Source: Planctomycetota bacterium
Lineage (GTDB): Bacteria; Planctomycetota; UBA8108; UBA1146
DNA: 59,876 bases
Reading direction: 5' to 3'
NCBI GenBank assembly: GCA_002711105.1
Contig: PAIH01000024.1
Location: 1-59,876 of the forward strand
Shown here: positions 26,394 through 38,244 of the stretch, piece after piece
Numbering within the stretch: the first letter of the stretch is position 1
Layout of the letters: each line of letters opens with the position of its first letter
Notes under the pieces: generated by a model
Databases searched by the model: none
Seen by the model: the letters and a program-made list of their open reading frames with translations, nothing else
What the model was told of the DNA's origin: nothing
Translations under genes and position numbers: made by a program

Positions 26394-29300
26394 TCACATG
26401 TTCCGACGATACCGTCCGCCGACCCCGTAAAGAGAACGGGTAATCTGACCAAGACTCGCTACTCGTACGGTGTCGATCAACTCTCGGAATATGTTCCCGC
26501 CCGAGAGCGCCACTTTTTGAAGACTGGCCAGAGCAGCTTCAGTTTCGCCCTCGTGAGATTGTTGAAACTGCTGCAAATCGACAATACGTTGGTTCTTCTC
26601 CTCTGTGGTGGATCGACGTAGTTCAACTTCCTGCGGTTTTCCGAAGTCTCTGTCGGAACGAAGGAAAGTATTGATCCCGATGATCGGAATCTCTCCGGTG
26701 TGTTTACGATGTTCATACAGAAGCGATTCCTCCTGAATCTTGGAACGCTGGTATTGCCTCTCCATCGCTCCCAGGACTCCTCCTCGATCATTGAGTCTAC
26801 GGAATTCTTCCAGCACAGCTTCCTCTACAAGCTGGGTCAGTTCATCGATGATAAAGGAACCCTGGATGGGGTTGTCATTGCGTGCAAGTCCTAGTTCTTC
26901 GGCAACGATGAGCTGGATGGCCATCGCGCGGCGAACCGAATCCTCGGTCGGGGTGGTGATCGCCTCATCGTAGGAATTCGTATGCAAGGAGTTGCACTGA
27001 TCGTAGTAGGCCATCAGGGCCTGCAAAGTGGTTCGGATATCATTGAAATCGATCTCCATTGAATGGAGGGATCTACCAGATGTCTGACTGTGGTACTTCA
27101 GCTTCTGGCTGCGCTCATTGGCCCCGTAGACGTCTCGCATCGCAACAGCCCAGATCCGACGAGCGACCCTTCCCAGAACAGCGTACTCCGCATCCAATCC
27201 ATTGGAGAAAAAGAAGGATAGGTTTCTGGCGAAACTATCGATCGACATTCCCCGTGACAGATAATATTCGACGTAAGTGAATCCATTGGAGAGCGTGAAA
27301 GCCAGCTGGGTGATGGGATTAGCACCGGCCTCGGCGATGTGGTAACCGCTGATGGAAACCGAGTAGTAATTCCTTACCTGCTCCTCGATGAAGAATTGCT
27401 GGATATCACCCATCATCCTGAGGGCGAAATCAATTCCAAAAATGCAGGTGTTCTGCGCCTGATCCTCCTTGAGGATATCAGCCTGGACGGTTCCCCTGAC
27501 ATTCTGGAACACGTGCATGAATATTTTTTCCTGCTGTTCCGGCCCAGGTTCGGTTCCATTCTCAGCGCGAAATTTTTCCACCTGCTGATCGAAAGCTGTA
27601 TTGAAATACATCGCAAGAATGATGGGTGCTGGCCCATTGATCGTCATCGACACCGAGGTACTCGGAGAACAGAGATCGAATCCGTCATACAGTTTCTTCA
27701 TGTCATCCAGGCAGCAAATGCTGACCCCGCTCTCTCCGACCTTTCCATAGATGTCAGGGCGGCGGTCAGGGTCGTCGCCGTACAGGGTCACGGAATCAAA
27801 AGCTGTTGAAAGCCGATGACTTTTCTCGTTCTCGCACAGGTAATGGAACCGGGCGTTGGTCTTCTCGGGTGGACCCTCACCGGCAAACATCCGCTTGGGA
27901 CGTTCGTCTTGTCTCCGAAACGGAAACACTCCTGCAGTGAAGGGGAATCTGCCAGGCAAGTTCTCTAGCATCAGCCAGCGAACCAGATCTCCCTGGCCCT
28001 GGAACTGCGGAAGGGCAACTCTGGAAAGTCGTGTTCCCGATAAGGTTTCGACCTGCAAGGGCTCGCGGATCTCACGATCTCGAATCTTGAAAACCAACTG
28101 GTCCTTGGTGTAGGCACTGACCACCTTCGGCCATTCATCGATCAAGCTCTTGATACGGGGATCCATCGATCCCGCAATTGTCTGTGCCATCTCTTCCATC
28201 CGGGCCGAGGCATCAGGAAGCTCGGCTTTCAGAAGCTCGGCACTCCGTTGAAGCGCTTCAACATCATGAGCGGCACGACCAGACTCTTTGGCGGAGTCAT
28301 GGTAGCCATGAACTGCCTTGATGATCTGCAACAGGTAACCGGTCCGATCAGCTGGAATGATCGAGTAGGAAGATCCCTTGCTGGAAACACGGTCCTCATC
28401 GATCTTCCAGCGGTCCTCTTCAGGCCCCGAAAGTCGGTTCAACAAGAACTGATAGAATTGCTCGACTCCTGAATCATTGAAGTGACTGGCAATGGTTCCA
28501 AACACAGGAAGATCGTCATCTGAAATATCCGGATCAAAAATCCCATGACTCCGTCGATACTGTTTCCGAACATCACGAATGGCATCTTTCGCTCCGGCAC
28601 GGTCAAATTTATTGAGAACCACGATGTCAGCGAAATCGATCATGTCGATCTTCTCGAGTTGTGTCGCAGCACCGTACTCGGGAGTCATCACGTAAATGGA
28701 CAGGTCAGCGAGTTCTGTAACCCTGCTGTCTCCCTGGCCGATTCCCGAGGTCTCAAGGATGACCAGATCGAATTGATCTCCCAAAATTTGCTGAATGGCA
28801 CCCTGGATCGCCGAAGGTACCTCGACACCACTCGACCGCGTCGCGAGAGAACGTACATACGCACGTGGATTGTCGGCGCTGTTGATCCGAATGCGATCAC
28901 CTAGAAGCGCACCTCCTGTACGCCGTTTCGTTGGATCGACACTGATGATCGCGAAACGACGGTCCGGAAAATCATGGAGCAATCGCCGAAGAATCTCATC
29001 GGTCAGGGAGGACTTCCCCGCTCCTCCGGTACCTGTAAATCCAAGCACGGGAACCTTGACTTCGGCATCGGGGAATTCTTCTCCCAGTTCTACACGGGTG
29101 ATTCGCTGCGGCAGTTTGTTTCCGCGATCCAGAGTACCGTTGATGGACCCAACTCGATCCAGCATGTCACGGATCATCCCCTCGAGTCCGAGTTCGCGTC
29201 CATCTTCGGGCGAATAGATTCGATCGATCCCGTAACTATGGAGTTCCGAGATCTCCTCGGGGACGATCACTCCTCCACCACCACCGAAAATTTTAATCCA

Positions 29301-29552
29301 GGTAGCTCCCTTCTCGACGAGAAGGTCTCGCATGTATTTAAAAAATTCGTTGTGGCCACCCTGATATGAGGAAACGGCAATCGCATCTGCATCTTCTTGA
29401 ATCGCCGTATCGATGATCTCCTCGGCACTACGGTTGTGCCCGAGATGAATCACCTCCGCACCTTGATCCTGAAGAACACGACGGATGATGTTGATGGAGG
29501 CATCATGGCCATCAAAAAGGCTCGCTGCAGTGACGAACCGTACCGGTCGCAT
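26394..29552 (-). CDS. icmF: fused isobutyryl-CoA mutase IcmF (B12-binding domain + MeaI-type GTPase + mutase catalytic domain)
   Basis: 1052 aa. N-terminal B12 domain ([13 protein letters not shown]...[12 protein letters not shown]), central G3E P-loop [13 protein letters not shown] with [19 protein letters not shown], and a C-terminal acyl-CoA mutase barrel (...[23 protein letters not shown]). Confidence 0.9.
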   Translation of the reverse strand: MRPVRFVTAASLFDGHDASINIIRRVLQDQGAEVIHLGHNRSAEEIIDTAIQEDADAIAVSSYQGGHNEFFKYMRDLLVEKGATWIKIFGGGGGVIVPEEISELHSYGIDRIYSPEDGRELGLEGMIRDMLDRVGSINGTLDRGNKLPQRITRVELGEEFPDAEVKVPVLGFTGTGGAGKSSLTDEILRRLLHDFPDRRFAIISVDPTKRRTGGALLGDRIRINSADNPRAYVRSLATRSSGVEVPSAIQGAIQQILGDQFDLVILETSGIGQGDSRVTELADLSIYVMTPEYGAATQLEKIDMIDFADIVVLNKFDRAGAKDAIRDVRKQYRRSHGIFDPDISDDDLPVFGTIASHFNDSGVEQFYQFLLNRLSGPEEDRWKIDEDRVSSKGSSYSIIPADRTGYLLQIIKAVHGYHDSAKESGRAAHDVEALQRSAELLKAELPDASARMEEMAQTIAGSMDPRIKSLIDEWPKVVSAYTKDQLVFKIRDREIREPLQVETLSGTRLSRVALPQFQGQGDLVRWLMLENLPGRFPFTAGVFPFRRQDERPKRMFAGEGPPEKTNARFHYLCENEKSHRLSTAFDSVTLYGDDPDRRPDIYGKVGESGVSICCLDDMKKLYDGFDLCSPSTSVSMTINGPAPIILAMYFNTAFDQQVEKFRAENGTEPGPEQQEKIFMHVFQNVRGTVQADILKEDQAQNTCIFGIDFALRMMGDIQQFFIEEQVRNYYSVSISGYHIAEAGANPITQLAFTLSNGFTYVEYYLSRGMSIDSFARNLSFFFSNGLDAEYAVLGRVARRIWAVAMRDVYGANERSQKLKYHSQTSGRSLHSMEIDFNDIRTTLQALMAYYDQCNSLHTNSYDEAITTPTEDSVRRAMAIQLIVAEELGLARNDNPIQGSFIIDELTQLVEEAVLEEFRRLNDRGGVLGAMERQYQRSKIQEESLLYEHRKHTGEIPIIGINTFLRSDRDFGKPQEVELRRSTTEEKNQRIVDLQQFQQSHEGETEAALASLQKVALSGGNIFRELIDTVRVASLGQITRSLYGVGGRYRRNM

Positions 29553-29728
29553 CGATGCTCCTGGTCAGGGGATCAGTGTTATCAGAAGGAGGCGATCCCC
29601 GATGACATCCTCCGACAGGGTGCATCATCAAAGAGAAGGCCATCCGTTTCAAGTCGAGCCGAGGGGGAAGTTGGGAGTTCTTATCTCAGAACAACAGATC
29701 ATCGTCCCAGAAGGCTGAAACTGGCCGA

Positions 29729-31225
29729 TCAGGTACTGGTTCGCTCTTCGTGTCTTGATCCGTTGTAGCCGAAGATTTTGGTCTTTCCGTCGATGAAGGT
29801 CTCCAGATGAACCGGACGACCCCAAATCTTCTCCAGATTCTCAAGAACTCTACGGGCATAGTCCATCCGCAATGGAATACCGGACCAATCGTGCTTCAGA
29901 AGCAACTCGCTCCTGTTGCCATAATTTCCACTCTCTACAAAAATTCTTGGTCGACCATAGTTCGACAGCTGATCGAGAAGTTGACTCTTGATCTCCGGAA
30001 AGCCCCTGCTATCGAGGACGTACTGCCCCTGCTGTCGGTCAAACTTGTACGTGAACATCTTGTGCTGCTGACAGAAACTTTCGGTCAGGAACTCATCGAT
30101 AAAAGTGATGTCGTTATGGGTTCTACGAACTTCAAAGATCTTATCCATTCCTTGTTCTTCAGCTTCATTCCATTCGTTTCGGCCATGGGAGTCCTGGCAG
30201 GATTCCCATTCGGAACCATGCTGCCCCGAATCCCAGCGGCGATGAATATCCCTGAATAGTTCGATGCCTAACTTGTACGGATTCAGCATCCCAGGACTAG
30301 AACCCAACGTACCGGAATGGTGATCGGCATAATCAATCAACTCAGAAGCATCCATGATTTTTCTGGTCATCATCCTTGAGTGCCAGAAAGATGCCCAACC
30401 TTCGTTCATGATCTTGGTCATTCCCTGGGGCGCGAAGTAGTAGGATTCTTCACGGATGATGGAAAGAACATCTCTTTGCCAGCTCTGCAACTGACCGTGG
30501 TGGAGAAGGAACTGAAGTACATCCCTCTGAGGTTCGGCAGGAAACTGATCAATGTCTTCGATACGGTTGAGAATCTCTTTTTTCTCCTCAGCGATCATTT
30601 CCGGTGAATTCACAAACTCATCCATGTAGGGCTTGCCCGGGAATCGGGCGCCCTGAACATTGGGGCCTCCCTCATCCAGGTCGTCTTTACTCTTCCTCTG
30701 GTCCTTGGAGAAATATGGAGAGTACGTATCGATGAGATTTTCAACTGAAAGACAGATGTCGATGAATTCTTCGACCACTTCCAGGCCTTGGGCATCGATG
30801 TGACGACGAACCCGAACAGCATGATTCGAAATGGTGTCGACCATCTTTCGATTGGTGTGCGAATACCAGCAGTTGTTCTTGAAGAAGTCGCTATGACCGT
30901 AGACATGGGCCATCACTAGTTTCTGATCTACCAATGGATTGCTACGCATCAGGTATGCGTAACATGGGTCGTTGTTGATCACGAGCTCATAAATTTTCGC
31001 CAACCCATAGGAATATTGCTTCTGCAGTCCTTCAAACTGCATACCCCAACGCCAGTGGGGGTATCGATTCGGAAATCCTCCATAGGCAGCAATCATGTTC
31101 ATCTCGTCATAATCGACGAGTTCATAAATCACTTCGAAGAAGTCCAGAGAAGCATCCAGGGCGTGCTGGCGGATGATCCCTCTCCACTCTTCTATTTCCG
31201 GAGTAAGTAAACGACTCTGCAACAT
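29729..31225 (-). CDS. SpoVR family protein (YcgB-like)
   Basis: 498 aa. Contains FPNRYPHWRWGMQFE, AYLMRSNPLVDQKLVMAHVYGHSDFFKNN, and MNEGWASFWH. Third gene of the prkA-yeaH-spoVR trio. Confidence 0.9.
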   Translation of the reverse strand: MLQSRLLTPEIEEWRGIIRQHALDASLDFFEVIYELVDYDEMNMIAAYGGFPNRYPHWRWGMQFEGLQKQYSYGLAKIYELVINNDPCYAYLMRSNPLVDQKLVMAHVYGHSDFFKNNCWYSHTNRKMVDTISNHAVRVRRHIDAQGLEVVEEFIDICLSVENLIDTYSPYFSKDQRKSKDDLDEGGPNVQGARFPGKPYMDEFVNSPEMIAEEKKEILNRIEDIDQFPAEPQRDVLQFLLHHGQLQSWQRDVLSIIREESYYFAPQGMTKIMNEGWASFWHSRMMTRKIMDASELIDYADHHSGTLGSSPGMLNPYKLGIELFRDIHRRWDSGQHGSEWESCQDSHGRNEWNEAEEQGMDKIFEVRRTHNDITFIDEFLTESFCQQHKMFTYKFDRQQGQYVLDSRGFPEIKSQLLDQLSNYGRPRIFVESGNYGNRSELLLKHDWSGIPLRMDYARRVLENLEKIWGRPVHLETFIDGKTKIFGYNGSRHEERTST

Positions 31226-31226
31226 G

Positions 31227-32327
31227 TCAGCACCCTTTACCCAAGAACGTCTTTATCGATGGAAGAATTTCCTCCCGAGAATTGATTTCTGAGAGAATCA
31301 CCTTCTCTTCAGACCCATAGGCTTCTCGGAGATCCTTGATGAACTGCCCACTTCCATAAGCGCTCTTGACCTGGCCGTAGCAGAAAACGTTACTGCAAGG
31401 AATGAGCGTGTCTTTCAAGAGGTTCAGGCACTGAGCAGTATCGTCACCTCCCCAGTTGTCACCATCGGAGAAGTGGAACGGGTAAATGTTCCACTCGGAT
31501 GGCGAGAACTCCTTCAGAATCAGCTCCTTCGCCAGGTTGTAGGCGCTGGATATCTTCGTGCCACCTGATTCACGAACATGGAAGAAAGTGTGCGAATCGA
31601 CCAATTTCGCCTGAGCGTCGTGAATGATGTATCTGGTTTCCAGGTTCTGGTACTGACTTTTCAGCCAGGTGTCGATCCAAAAGGACTCGATCCTGACGAT
31701 GTCCTTCTGTTCATTTCCCATCGACCCCGAGACATCCATCATGTAGATGATCACCGCGTTCGACTGAGGTAGTGATTTGGTTTTCCAGGATCGATACCTC
31801 CGATCATCTCGCACAGGTATCACTCGCGGATTCTCTTTGTCATAAGTCCCCGATGAGATCTGTCTGCGGAGAGCGTTCTTGAAGGTACGCCTGAAGTGTC
31901 GCAGAGATTCTGGGCCGGTTCGATTGACTCCCGTATAGCGTTGCTTCTCGACGTGAATCGACTCGTTACCACGGGGTTCTATTCGAGGTAGCTCCAGCTC
32001 CTCACCAAGAATTTCCGCCAGCTCCTCGATGGTGACATCCACCTCGATCACGTGTTCTCCCGGCTGATCTCCCGCTTCCGGCCCAGGGGGAGCCTGTTCG
32101 CCACCGAGTGGCTTGCCTTCTTCGCCTTCTCCCTGGCCCACGCCACCTTGTTCGGTTTGCCCGAACCTGAAGTCTGGGATATCGATCTGCGGCAGCGGTA
32201 CGCTGACAATGTTCTTACCGTGACGGGCCAGAATTTCACCCTGTGAAACATATTGCTTCAGATTCTCACGAATTTTGCCGCGTACGATCTTTCGGAATCG
32301 ATTGGCATCAGGATCGATCTTGCGCAC
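31227..32327 (-). CDS. YeaH/YhbH family protein (DUF444)
   Basis: 366 aa. A VWA-like C-terminus ([11 protein letters not shown]) and an acidic Gly-rich N-terminal region. Lies 1 nt upstream of spoVR. Confidence 0.88.
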   Translation of the reverse strand: MRKIDPDANRFRKIVRGKIRENLKQYVSQGEILARHGKNIVSVPLPQIDIPDFRFGQTEQGGVGQGEGEEGKPLGGEQAPPGPEAGDQPGEHVIEVDVTIEELAEILGEELELPRIEPRGNESIHVEKQRYTGVNRTGPESLRHFRRTFKNALRRQISSGTYDKENPRVIPVRDDRRYRSWKTKSLPQSNAVIIYMMDVSGSMGNEQKDIVRIESFWIDTWLKSQYQNLETRYIIHDAQAKLVDSHTFFHVRESGGTKISSAYNLAKELILKEFSPSEWNIYPFHFSDGDNWGGDDTAQCLNLLKDTLIPCSNVFCYGQVKSAYGSGQFIKDLREAYGSEEKVILSEINSREEILPSIKTFLGKGC

Positions 32328-32346
32328 GACTTGGACCTTCCGATGC

Positions 32347-34395
32347 TTATTCCGAGCCCTTTAAATCGCCACGCGCAAAAATGCTCGCAACGTAATTCAG
32401 CACATCAGTGGCACTATCCTCGTTGTATCCGTATTGCTCGATGAGGCGTGCCTTCACCACATCAATCTTGGCTTGTGAATCCCTGTCCACGACATCCGAG
32501 ACCAGCGAAGTCAGTTTGATCGTGTCTTTCTTGTCCTCAAACAGTTTCATCTCAAGCGCCTTCTGAAGACGAGCATTTGTCGTGTAATCAAACTGCTTGT
32601 TGTCCACAGCCAGCGCCCCGATGTAGTTCATGATCTCCCTGCGGAAGTCATCCTTCCTGCTCTCGGGAATTTCAATCTTATCCTCGATGGCACGAAGCAA
32701 TCGTTCATCCGGGTCCTCAAACTGGCCCGTGTAGGGATTACGTACCTTCTCACGCTGAGTGTATGCCTTGACGTTATCGATGTAGTTAGAACACAACTTC
32801 TGAATCGCTTCCTCGTCAGCACTGATGGCTCGCTGGACCTCGTTCTTGACGATGTCCTCGTATTCGGCCTTGACCACTGACAACAACTCACGGTACTGCG
32901 ATCGGATTTCTTCACTCGAGATCAAGCTGTGGTTCTTGAGCCCCTCATCGATTTCGTTGAGTACCATGAATGGATTCACGTAGTTGTAATCGGAAACCAA
33001 CGCGTTGGAGATCTTGTCCTGGATGTAGCGCGGAGAGATCCCTTCCAATCCTTCACGTACCGATTCATCTCTGAGTTCCTTGACGTTCTCCTCGGTAAAC
33101 CCGGACAGGTTCTTCCCGTCGTAGAGTCTCATCTTCTGGGCAATCGAAATCTGAGCATTTTTGGGTTCTTCGAGACGAGTCAAGACCGCCCACATCGCGC
33201 AAACTTCCAGAGTGTGCGGCGCAATGTGTTTGGTCATCGAGTCTCTGCAGTAGTCCTTGCGGTAGATCCGCACCTCATCTTGCAGAGTCGTGTTGTAAGG
33301 GATGTCGATTTTCATGGTCCGATCGCGAAAAGCTTCCATCAACTCGTTGTTCTGGAGTTTTCTGTATTCCGGCTCGTTGGTGTGGCCGATTATCACCTCG
33401 TCGATACAGGTCTGAGCAAACCGTTTCGGCTTGATACGATGTTCCTGGCTCGCTCCGAGCAGGTCATACAGGAACGCTACATCCAGTTTGAGAACCTCAA
33501 TGAACTCGATGATTCCACGGTTTGCGACGTTAAATTCCCCGTCAAAATTGAAAGCTCGCGGATCTGATTCCGAACCGTATTCAGCAATTTTGCGGTAATT
33601 GATATCACCGGTTAGCTCGGTCGAATCCTGATTCTTCTCATCTTTGGGCTGGAAGGTACCGATACCGATGCGATCTTCCTCGTTCATGATGAGGCGACGG
33701 ACCCTCACATGATTCATCACCTTGTGCCAATCCCCATCGTATTTCTGCATGTAGTGGTTGTAGTACCAGCGACTGAAGGGACAGAGACTTCCTGTAAAAC
33801 TAAGCGGGTAATTTGCTTTTCCCGTAGATTGGATGTTCGCAAGCAATTCCGGACGCGATTCATCTGGAACGAGATACAGCGGATCTTCATTCATCGGGGA
33901 ATTGACCCAGTCTCCATTCTCGTCCTCCCACTGGAAGGTGTAGAGAATCCCTTCGGGAGTTCTTGAATATCTCTCCAGACCTTTTTTCAGCAACTGGACA
34001 ATGGTGCTCTTCGCTGATCCAACCGGTCCGTGCAGCAAAAGAACACGCCTCTCGGTGCCGAGACCATGGGCCGCTGATTTGAAGAAACTGACCAGTTGAT
34101 GGAGAGGTTGATCGAGTCCGAAGACTGCGTTCTTGCCCCCCTGTTCGGGATCATCGAAGAAGTTCCAGTGGACACAATCGCGAGAGTTCAACTGGCCCGA
34201 CGATTCGCTTCCCTGAGAAACAATCATGTCATGAACACGTTGGAATGCAGTCCGAAGGACAGCCGGATTCTCGTAAGCAATTTGTAGATAATCGTTGAAA
34301 CTACCGGTCCAGTTCAGTTCCCGGTATCGTTCCGTTTCAAGGTTCTTCGAAATCAGCTCGAAGAGATTGATGTGCTCATTCATTCGGTCCTCCAC
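32347..34395 (-). CDS. prkA: PrkA family serine protein kinase (YeaG-like AAA+/kinase)
   Basis: 682 aa. Walker [14 protein letters not shown], then [26 protein letters not shown], and HTNEPEY. Confidence 0.92.
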   Translation of the reverse strand: MEDRMNEHINLFELISKNLETERYRELNWTGSFNDYLQIAYENPAVLRTAFQRVHDMIVSQGSESSGQLNSRDCVHWNFFDDPEQGGKNAVFGLDQPLHQLVSFFKSAAHGLGTERRVLLLHGPVGSAKSTIVQLLKKGLERYSRTPEGILYTFQWEDENGDWVNSPMNEDPLYLVPDESRPELLANIQSTGKANYPLSFTGSLCPFSRWYYNHYMQKYDGDWHKVMNHVRVRRLIMNEEDRIGIGTFQPKDEKNQDSTELTGDINYRKIAEYGSESDPRAFNFDGEFNVANRGIIEFIEVLKLDVAFLYDLLGASQEHRIKPKRFAQTCIDEVIIGHTNEPEYRKLQNNELMEAFRDRTMKIDIPYNTTLQDEVRIYRKDYCRDSMTKHIAPHTLEVCAMWAVLTRLEEPKNAQISIAQKMRLYDGKNLSGFTEENVKELRDESVREGLEGISPRYIQDKISNALVSDYNYVNPFMVLNEIDEGLKNHSLISSEEIRSQYRELLSVVKAEYEDIVKNEVQRAISADEEAIQKLCSNYIDNVKAYTQREKVRNPYTGQFEDPDERLLRAIEDKIEIPESRKDDFRREIMNYIGALAVDNKQFDYTTNARLQKALEMKLFEDKKDTIKLTSLVSDVVDRDSQAKIDVVKARLIEQYGYNEDSATDVLNYVASIFARGDLKGSE

Positions 34396-34612
34396 CCAAA
34401 TCTACTTTTCGGCTGATCCAGCGCGGGTCTTTAAAAAGAAATTCCGACCAGAAAATGCACTTCGATTGGACAGCGGGACCAAAAGACGACTTGCTCGTGC
34501 TCCAAAGCCCGACGATTCCCTGGCGACCTGCTGTTGTCGGAAGGATGGTGCCAGAAATGAGTTACTGCAACAGTGACGAATCAAACCCGCAGAAGGTTCC
34601 CGACCAAATAGA

Positions 34613-34644
34613 AGCGGCGCAGACACCTAAATGTCTGCGCCGCT
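34613..34644 (-). terminator. probable intrinsic terminator after dnaK
   Basis: Perfect 13-bp inverted repeat AGCGGCGCAGACA / TGTCTGCGCCGCT with a 6-nt loop, 33 nt past the dnaK stop. On the minus strand it is followed by UCUAUUUGG, a modest U-tract. Confidence 0.6.
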
Positions 34645-34676
34645 CACTTCTCTAAGTTCCGAAAATGTTGTAGAGG

Positions 34677-36608
34677 CTAGTCCTTTACCTTGAAATCTGC
34701 GTCCACGACCGGATCTTCCCCGGTCGGCTCAGTGGCTTGTGAACCGGCACCTGAAGTGGCTCCGGAAGGCTCTGGATCGCCTGTTGGCTGCGACTGAGAC
34801 GCCTGATCGTAGATCCTCCGGGCCAGGTCATGGGAAGCCTCATTCAGGGTGTCGAGCGCGGCACGAATCGTCTCATGAGTCGCCTCTGGAGCGTCCTTGA
34901 CCTCCTTCAGACTGGCGAGCGAACTCTCGATTTTCTCGACTTCACCGGCTTCCATTTTTTCGGAGTGGTCCTTGAGACTCGACTCGGTGGCATAACAGGC
35001 CTGATCCGCCTCATTACGAATCTCGACCAGTTCGCGCAACACTTTGTCTTCCTCAGCGAATCGCTCCGCTTCCTGGCGCATCGTCTCGACTTCTTCCTCA
35101 CTAAGACCGGAAGAGGACTGAATCTTGATGCTCTGTTCCTTACCAGTTCCGAGGTCCTTGGCCGAGACTTCCAGAATTCCGTTGGCATCGATGTCAAAGG
35201 CAACCTCGATCTGCGGAACACCTCGAGGAGCTGCCGGAATTCCATCGAGCTGGAACTTGCCAAGGGTACGGTTGTCTCTCGCCATCTCTCTCTCCCCCTG
35301 GAGAACATGGATGTCCACCGCTGGTTGATTGTCGGCAGCGGTCGAGAAGACCTGCTTTTTCTGGTGCGGGATTGTCGTATTACGTTCGATGAGTTTGGTC
35401 GTCACACCTCCTAATGTCTCAATCCCGAGCGAGAGAGGAGTGACATCAAGAAGCAGTACGTCGTTGAGTTTTTCATCGCCAGCAAGAATACCACCCTGGA
35501 TGGCAGCACCCATCGCGACCACCTCGTCCGGATTCACCGAGCGATTGGGTTCCTTTCCGAAGATCTTGTTGACCATCTCCTGGATAGCGGGCATCCGAGT
35601 TGAGCCACCAACCAGAATCACAGTGTCAACCTGATTCGGACTCAGACTCGCATCGGAGAGTGCCAACTCGCAGGGACGACGAGTACTTTCGACCAATGAA
35701 CGGGCCTTTTGTTCGAAAGTTGCACGGGTAATCGACATCAGCAGGTGTTTGGGACCGCTGGCATCTGCGGTGATGAAGGGCAGGTTCACCTCGGTTTCCG
35801 AACGACTGGAAAGCTCGCACTTCGCCTTCTCCCCCGCTTCTTTCAGACGCTGGAGCGCCATCAAGTCCTTGCGCAGATCAACGCCCTGGTCTTTCTGAAA
35901 TTCATCCGCGATGTAATCGATGAGAATATTGTCGAAGTCGTCGCCACCTAGCTGGGTATCGCCATTAGTGGAGAGAACCTTGAAGATGCCCTCATCGACT
36001 TCAAGGATCGAGACATCGAAGGTGCCGCCACCGAGATCGTAAATCACAATCTTCTCGCTACCCTTCTTGTCGAGTCCGTAACCCAGGGCAGCGGCGGTAG
36101 GCTCATTGATGATGCGCTTGACATCCAACCCCGCAATTCGTCCTGCATCTTTGGTCGCCTGACGTTGGCTATCATTGAAGTAAGCAGGAACGGTAATTAC
36201 GGCATCGGTGACTGTTTCGCCCAGATAGTCTTCGGCGGTACTTTTGAGTTCCTGCAGAATCAGCGCAGAGATCTCTGGCGGAGTGTATTCTTTGTTTTGA
36301 AGTTTCACCTTCACCAGATCCTCGGGTCCTCCGATGATTTCGTACGGGATCAGGTGCTCCTCATTATCGAGTTCCTCGTGACGCCGTCCCATGAATCGTT
36401 TGATAGAGAAGACGGTGTGCTCTGGATTGGTGACAGCCTGACGTTTGGCGGTTTGACCGACCAGGCGATCCCCCGAATCGGTAAAAGCGACCACCGACGG
36501 GGTGACCCGATTCCCATCGCGATTGGGAATGACGGTGGGTTCTCCACCTTCCATCACCGCAACCACCGAGTTAGTCGTTCCCAGGTCGATTCCTATGATT
36601 TTGCTCAT
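34677..36608 (-). CDS. dnaK: molecular chaperone DnaK (Hsp70)
   Basis: Start at ATG 36608 ([18 protein letters not shown]) with AAGGGAGAA upstream. [10 protein letters not shown] and [11 protein letters not shown] motifs are present. Confidence 0.97.
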   Translation of the reverse strand: MSKIIGIDLGTTNSVVAVMEGGEPTVIPNRDGNRVTPSVVAFTDSGDRLVGQTAKRQAVTNPEHTVFSIKRFMGRRHEELDNEEHLIPYEIIGGPEDLVKVKLQNKEYTPPEISALILQELKSTAEDYLGETVTDAVITVPAYFNDSQRQATKDAGRIAGLDVKRIINEPTAAALGYGLDKKGSEKIVIYDLGGGTFDVSILEVDEGIFKVLSTNGDTQLGGDDFDNILIDYIADEFQKDQGVDLRKDLMALQRLKEAGEKAKCELSSRSETEVNLPFITADASGPKHLLMSITRATFEQKARSLVESTRRPCELALSDASLSPNQVDTVILVGGSTRMPAIQEMVNKIFGKEPNRSVNPDEVVAMGAAIQGGILAGDEKLNDVLLLDVTPLSLGIETLGGVTTKLIERNTTIPHQKKQVFSTAADNQPAVDIHVLQGEREMARDNRTLGKFQLDGIPAAPRGVPQIEVAFDIDANGILEVSAKDLGTGKEQSIKIQSSSGLSEEEVETMRQEAERFAEEDKVLRELVEIRNEADQACYATESSLKDHSEKMEAGEVEKIESSLASLKEVKDAPEATHETIRAALDTLNEASHDLARRIYDQASQSQPTGDPEPSGATSGAGSQATEPTGEDPVVDADFKVKD

Positions 36609-36822
36609 GTTGAGTTCTCCCTTCGCAAACCTTCCCCGGGACCTGGTAAGACCCAGGGGCTCTGCAGAAGAAATCGCAAACCCCGTTCCAATCGAAGCAC
36701 AATCAGCCTCTAGATGTCGCAATTATGGCAGGAATAGCGAAATTCGACTCTTTGGTTGCAGGCAACTCAGAAACCTAGCTGCCACGATGGCATTACATTC
36801 CCCGGAAATACCCGGAGACTGC

Positions 36823-38244
36823 CTATTTGGCAGTATTCTCTTCCCCTTCGGTCCGAAGATCATATTCTCCGATCTTTCGATACAGAGTGCGTTCTCCGAT
36901 CCCCAGTGACTCTGCCGCCTTGCGACGGTTCCCCCCGACATGCTCCAGGGTGGCGCGGATCAGTTCCCGCTCCATCTCCTGGATGGTGACTCCCATCGGT
37001 AGGCTTCTGCTCGGATCGAGCGGTTGCTGAGGTCGGATATGACCCGGCAGATCTCCGACATCGAGCACCCTCTCCTCGGAGGTCACCACCATATTCTCGA
37101 TCGCATTCTTCAACTCCCGGACATTGCCGGGCCAGGGATACGCAGTCAGTACTCGAAGTGCCTCGCGAGAGATGCCCTCGACAGGCTTATCGTGAATGCG
37201 GGAATAATCCTCCAGAAAGTGATTCACCAGTAACGGAATGTCGACCGTACGTTCGCGCAAAGGAGGAATCTCGATGGTGACGACGTTCATACGATAAAAA
37301 AGATCCTCTCGGAACTTCTCCTCTTCAATTCTCTTGCGGAGATCTCGGTGAGTGGCGCAGATCAATCGAACGTTGGTCGGAACAGGATCATTGGAACCCA
37401 TCCTGACCACTTCCCTCTCCTCCAGAACACGCAGTAACTTGACTTGCACCGAGATTGGAATATCACCCACCTCGTCAAGGAACAGAGTTCCCTCATCAGC
37501 ATGTTCGAAGCGCCCTTTCCTCAGCGAAGAGGCACCGGTAAAGGCCCCACGTTCATGTCCAAACAACTCGCTCTCTAAAACTCCCTCACCGAGAGCCGCG
37601 CAGTTGAGAGGTACGAATACATGGCCCTTTCTCCTGCTGTTGGCGTGAATCGCCTTGGCGATCAGTTCTTTTCCTGTACCACTCTCTCCCAGAATCAGGA
37701 TCGATGCATCGGTCGGTGCCACCTGTTTCAATTTCTGAACGATGGCATGCATCACATGACTGGAACCGATGATTCCCTCGAAGCCGAAACGATCATCGAT
37801 CGTTCTTTCGAGCTCATCGGCACGCCTCCTCAATGCAGCTCCCTCGAGTGCCCGATCGACCCGAATCCGTAAACCGGTCAGATCGACAGGTTTCCTCAGG
37901 TAATCGACGGCTCCCAGTTGCATCGCCTCGACTGCGGTCTCGACAGTGCCATATCCGGTAACGACGACCACCGCGATGAACGGGTCAATCGATTGTGCTT
38001 CCCGGATCAGATCGAGGCCGTCTCGATCGCCAAGCACCAGATCGGTGATGACGATATCGACCCCTTCCTGGCGAAGTCGCTCCTTCGCTTCCTCCACAGA
38101 GGTCGCCACGATGCAGTCATGCCCTACCGAAACCAGTGCCTCTGCCAGCAGCTCGGCGTGGGCCACTTGATCATCGACGACCAGGATTCGCGCCGGACGA
38201 CTTCCCTGATCAGAAGAACCGGCTTTTCTGATCTGGTCGGTCAT
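36823..38244 (-). CDS. sigma-54-dependent Fis-family response regulator (NtrC-type enhancer-binding protein)
   Basis: REC domain (ILVVDDQ...DIVITDLVLGDRDG), AAA+ domain with GESGTGKELIAKAIH and GAFTGA, and a C-terminal HTH (AAESLGIGERTLYRKI). Confidence 0.92.
   Translation of the reverse strand: MTDQIRKAGSSDQGSRPARILVVDDQVAHAELLAEALVSVGHDCIVATSVEEAKERLRQEGVDIVITDLVLGDRDGLDLIREAQSIDPFIAVVVVTGYGTVETAVEAMQLGAVDYLRKPVDLTGLRIRVDRALEGAALRRRADELERTIDDRFGFEGIIGSSHVMHAIVQKLKQVAPTDASILILGESGTGKELIAKAIHANSRRKGHVFVPLNCAALGEGVLESELFGHERGAFTGASSLRKGRFEHADEGTLFLDEVGDIPISVQVKLLRVLEEREVVRMGSNDPVPTNVRLICATHRDLRKRIEEEKFREDLFYRMNVVTIEIPPLRERTVDIPLLVNHFLEDYSRIHDKPVEGISREALRVLTAYPWPGNVRELKNAIENMVVTSEERVLDVGDLPGHIRPQQPLDPSRSLPMGVTIQEMERELIRATLEHVGGNRRKAAESLGIGERTLYRKIGEYDLRTEGEENTAK

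Noticed and set aside
29553-29728. A possible cobalamin riboswitch in the icmF leader
   Set aside because: No B12-box-like core could be recognised on the minus strand. IcmF is a B12 user rather than a transport or biosynthesis gene, so a riboswitch is not expected. Only a covariance-model scan could fully exclude it.
34536-34560. A minus-strand TGGCAC element upstream of prkA as a possible sigma-54 promoter
   Set aside because: The -12 element is wrong: GG-N10 is followed by CC, not GC, and there is no TTGC. Other TGGCAC occurrences (for example 2375-2390, 14200, 23777, 45110-45125) are inside coding regions or also lack a correctly spaced GC.
36609-36822. A CIRCE (TTAGCACTC-N9-GAGTGCTAA) heat-shock operator or a clear sigma-32 promoter upstream of dnaK
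   Set aside because: No CIRCE-like inverted repeat is present. A CATAAT -10-like hexamer exists on the minus strand, but no acceptable -35 sits at the proper spacing, so no promoter call was made.
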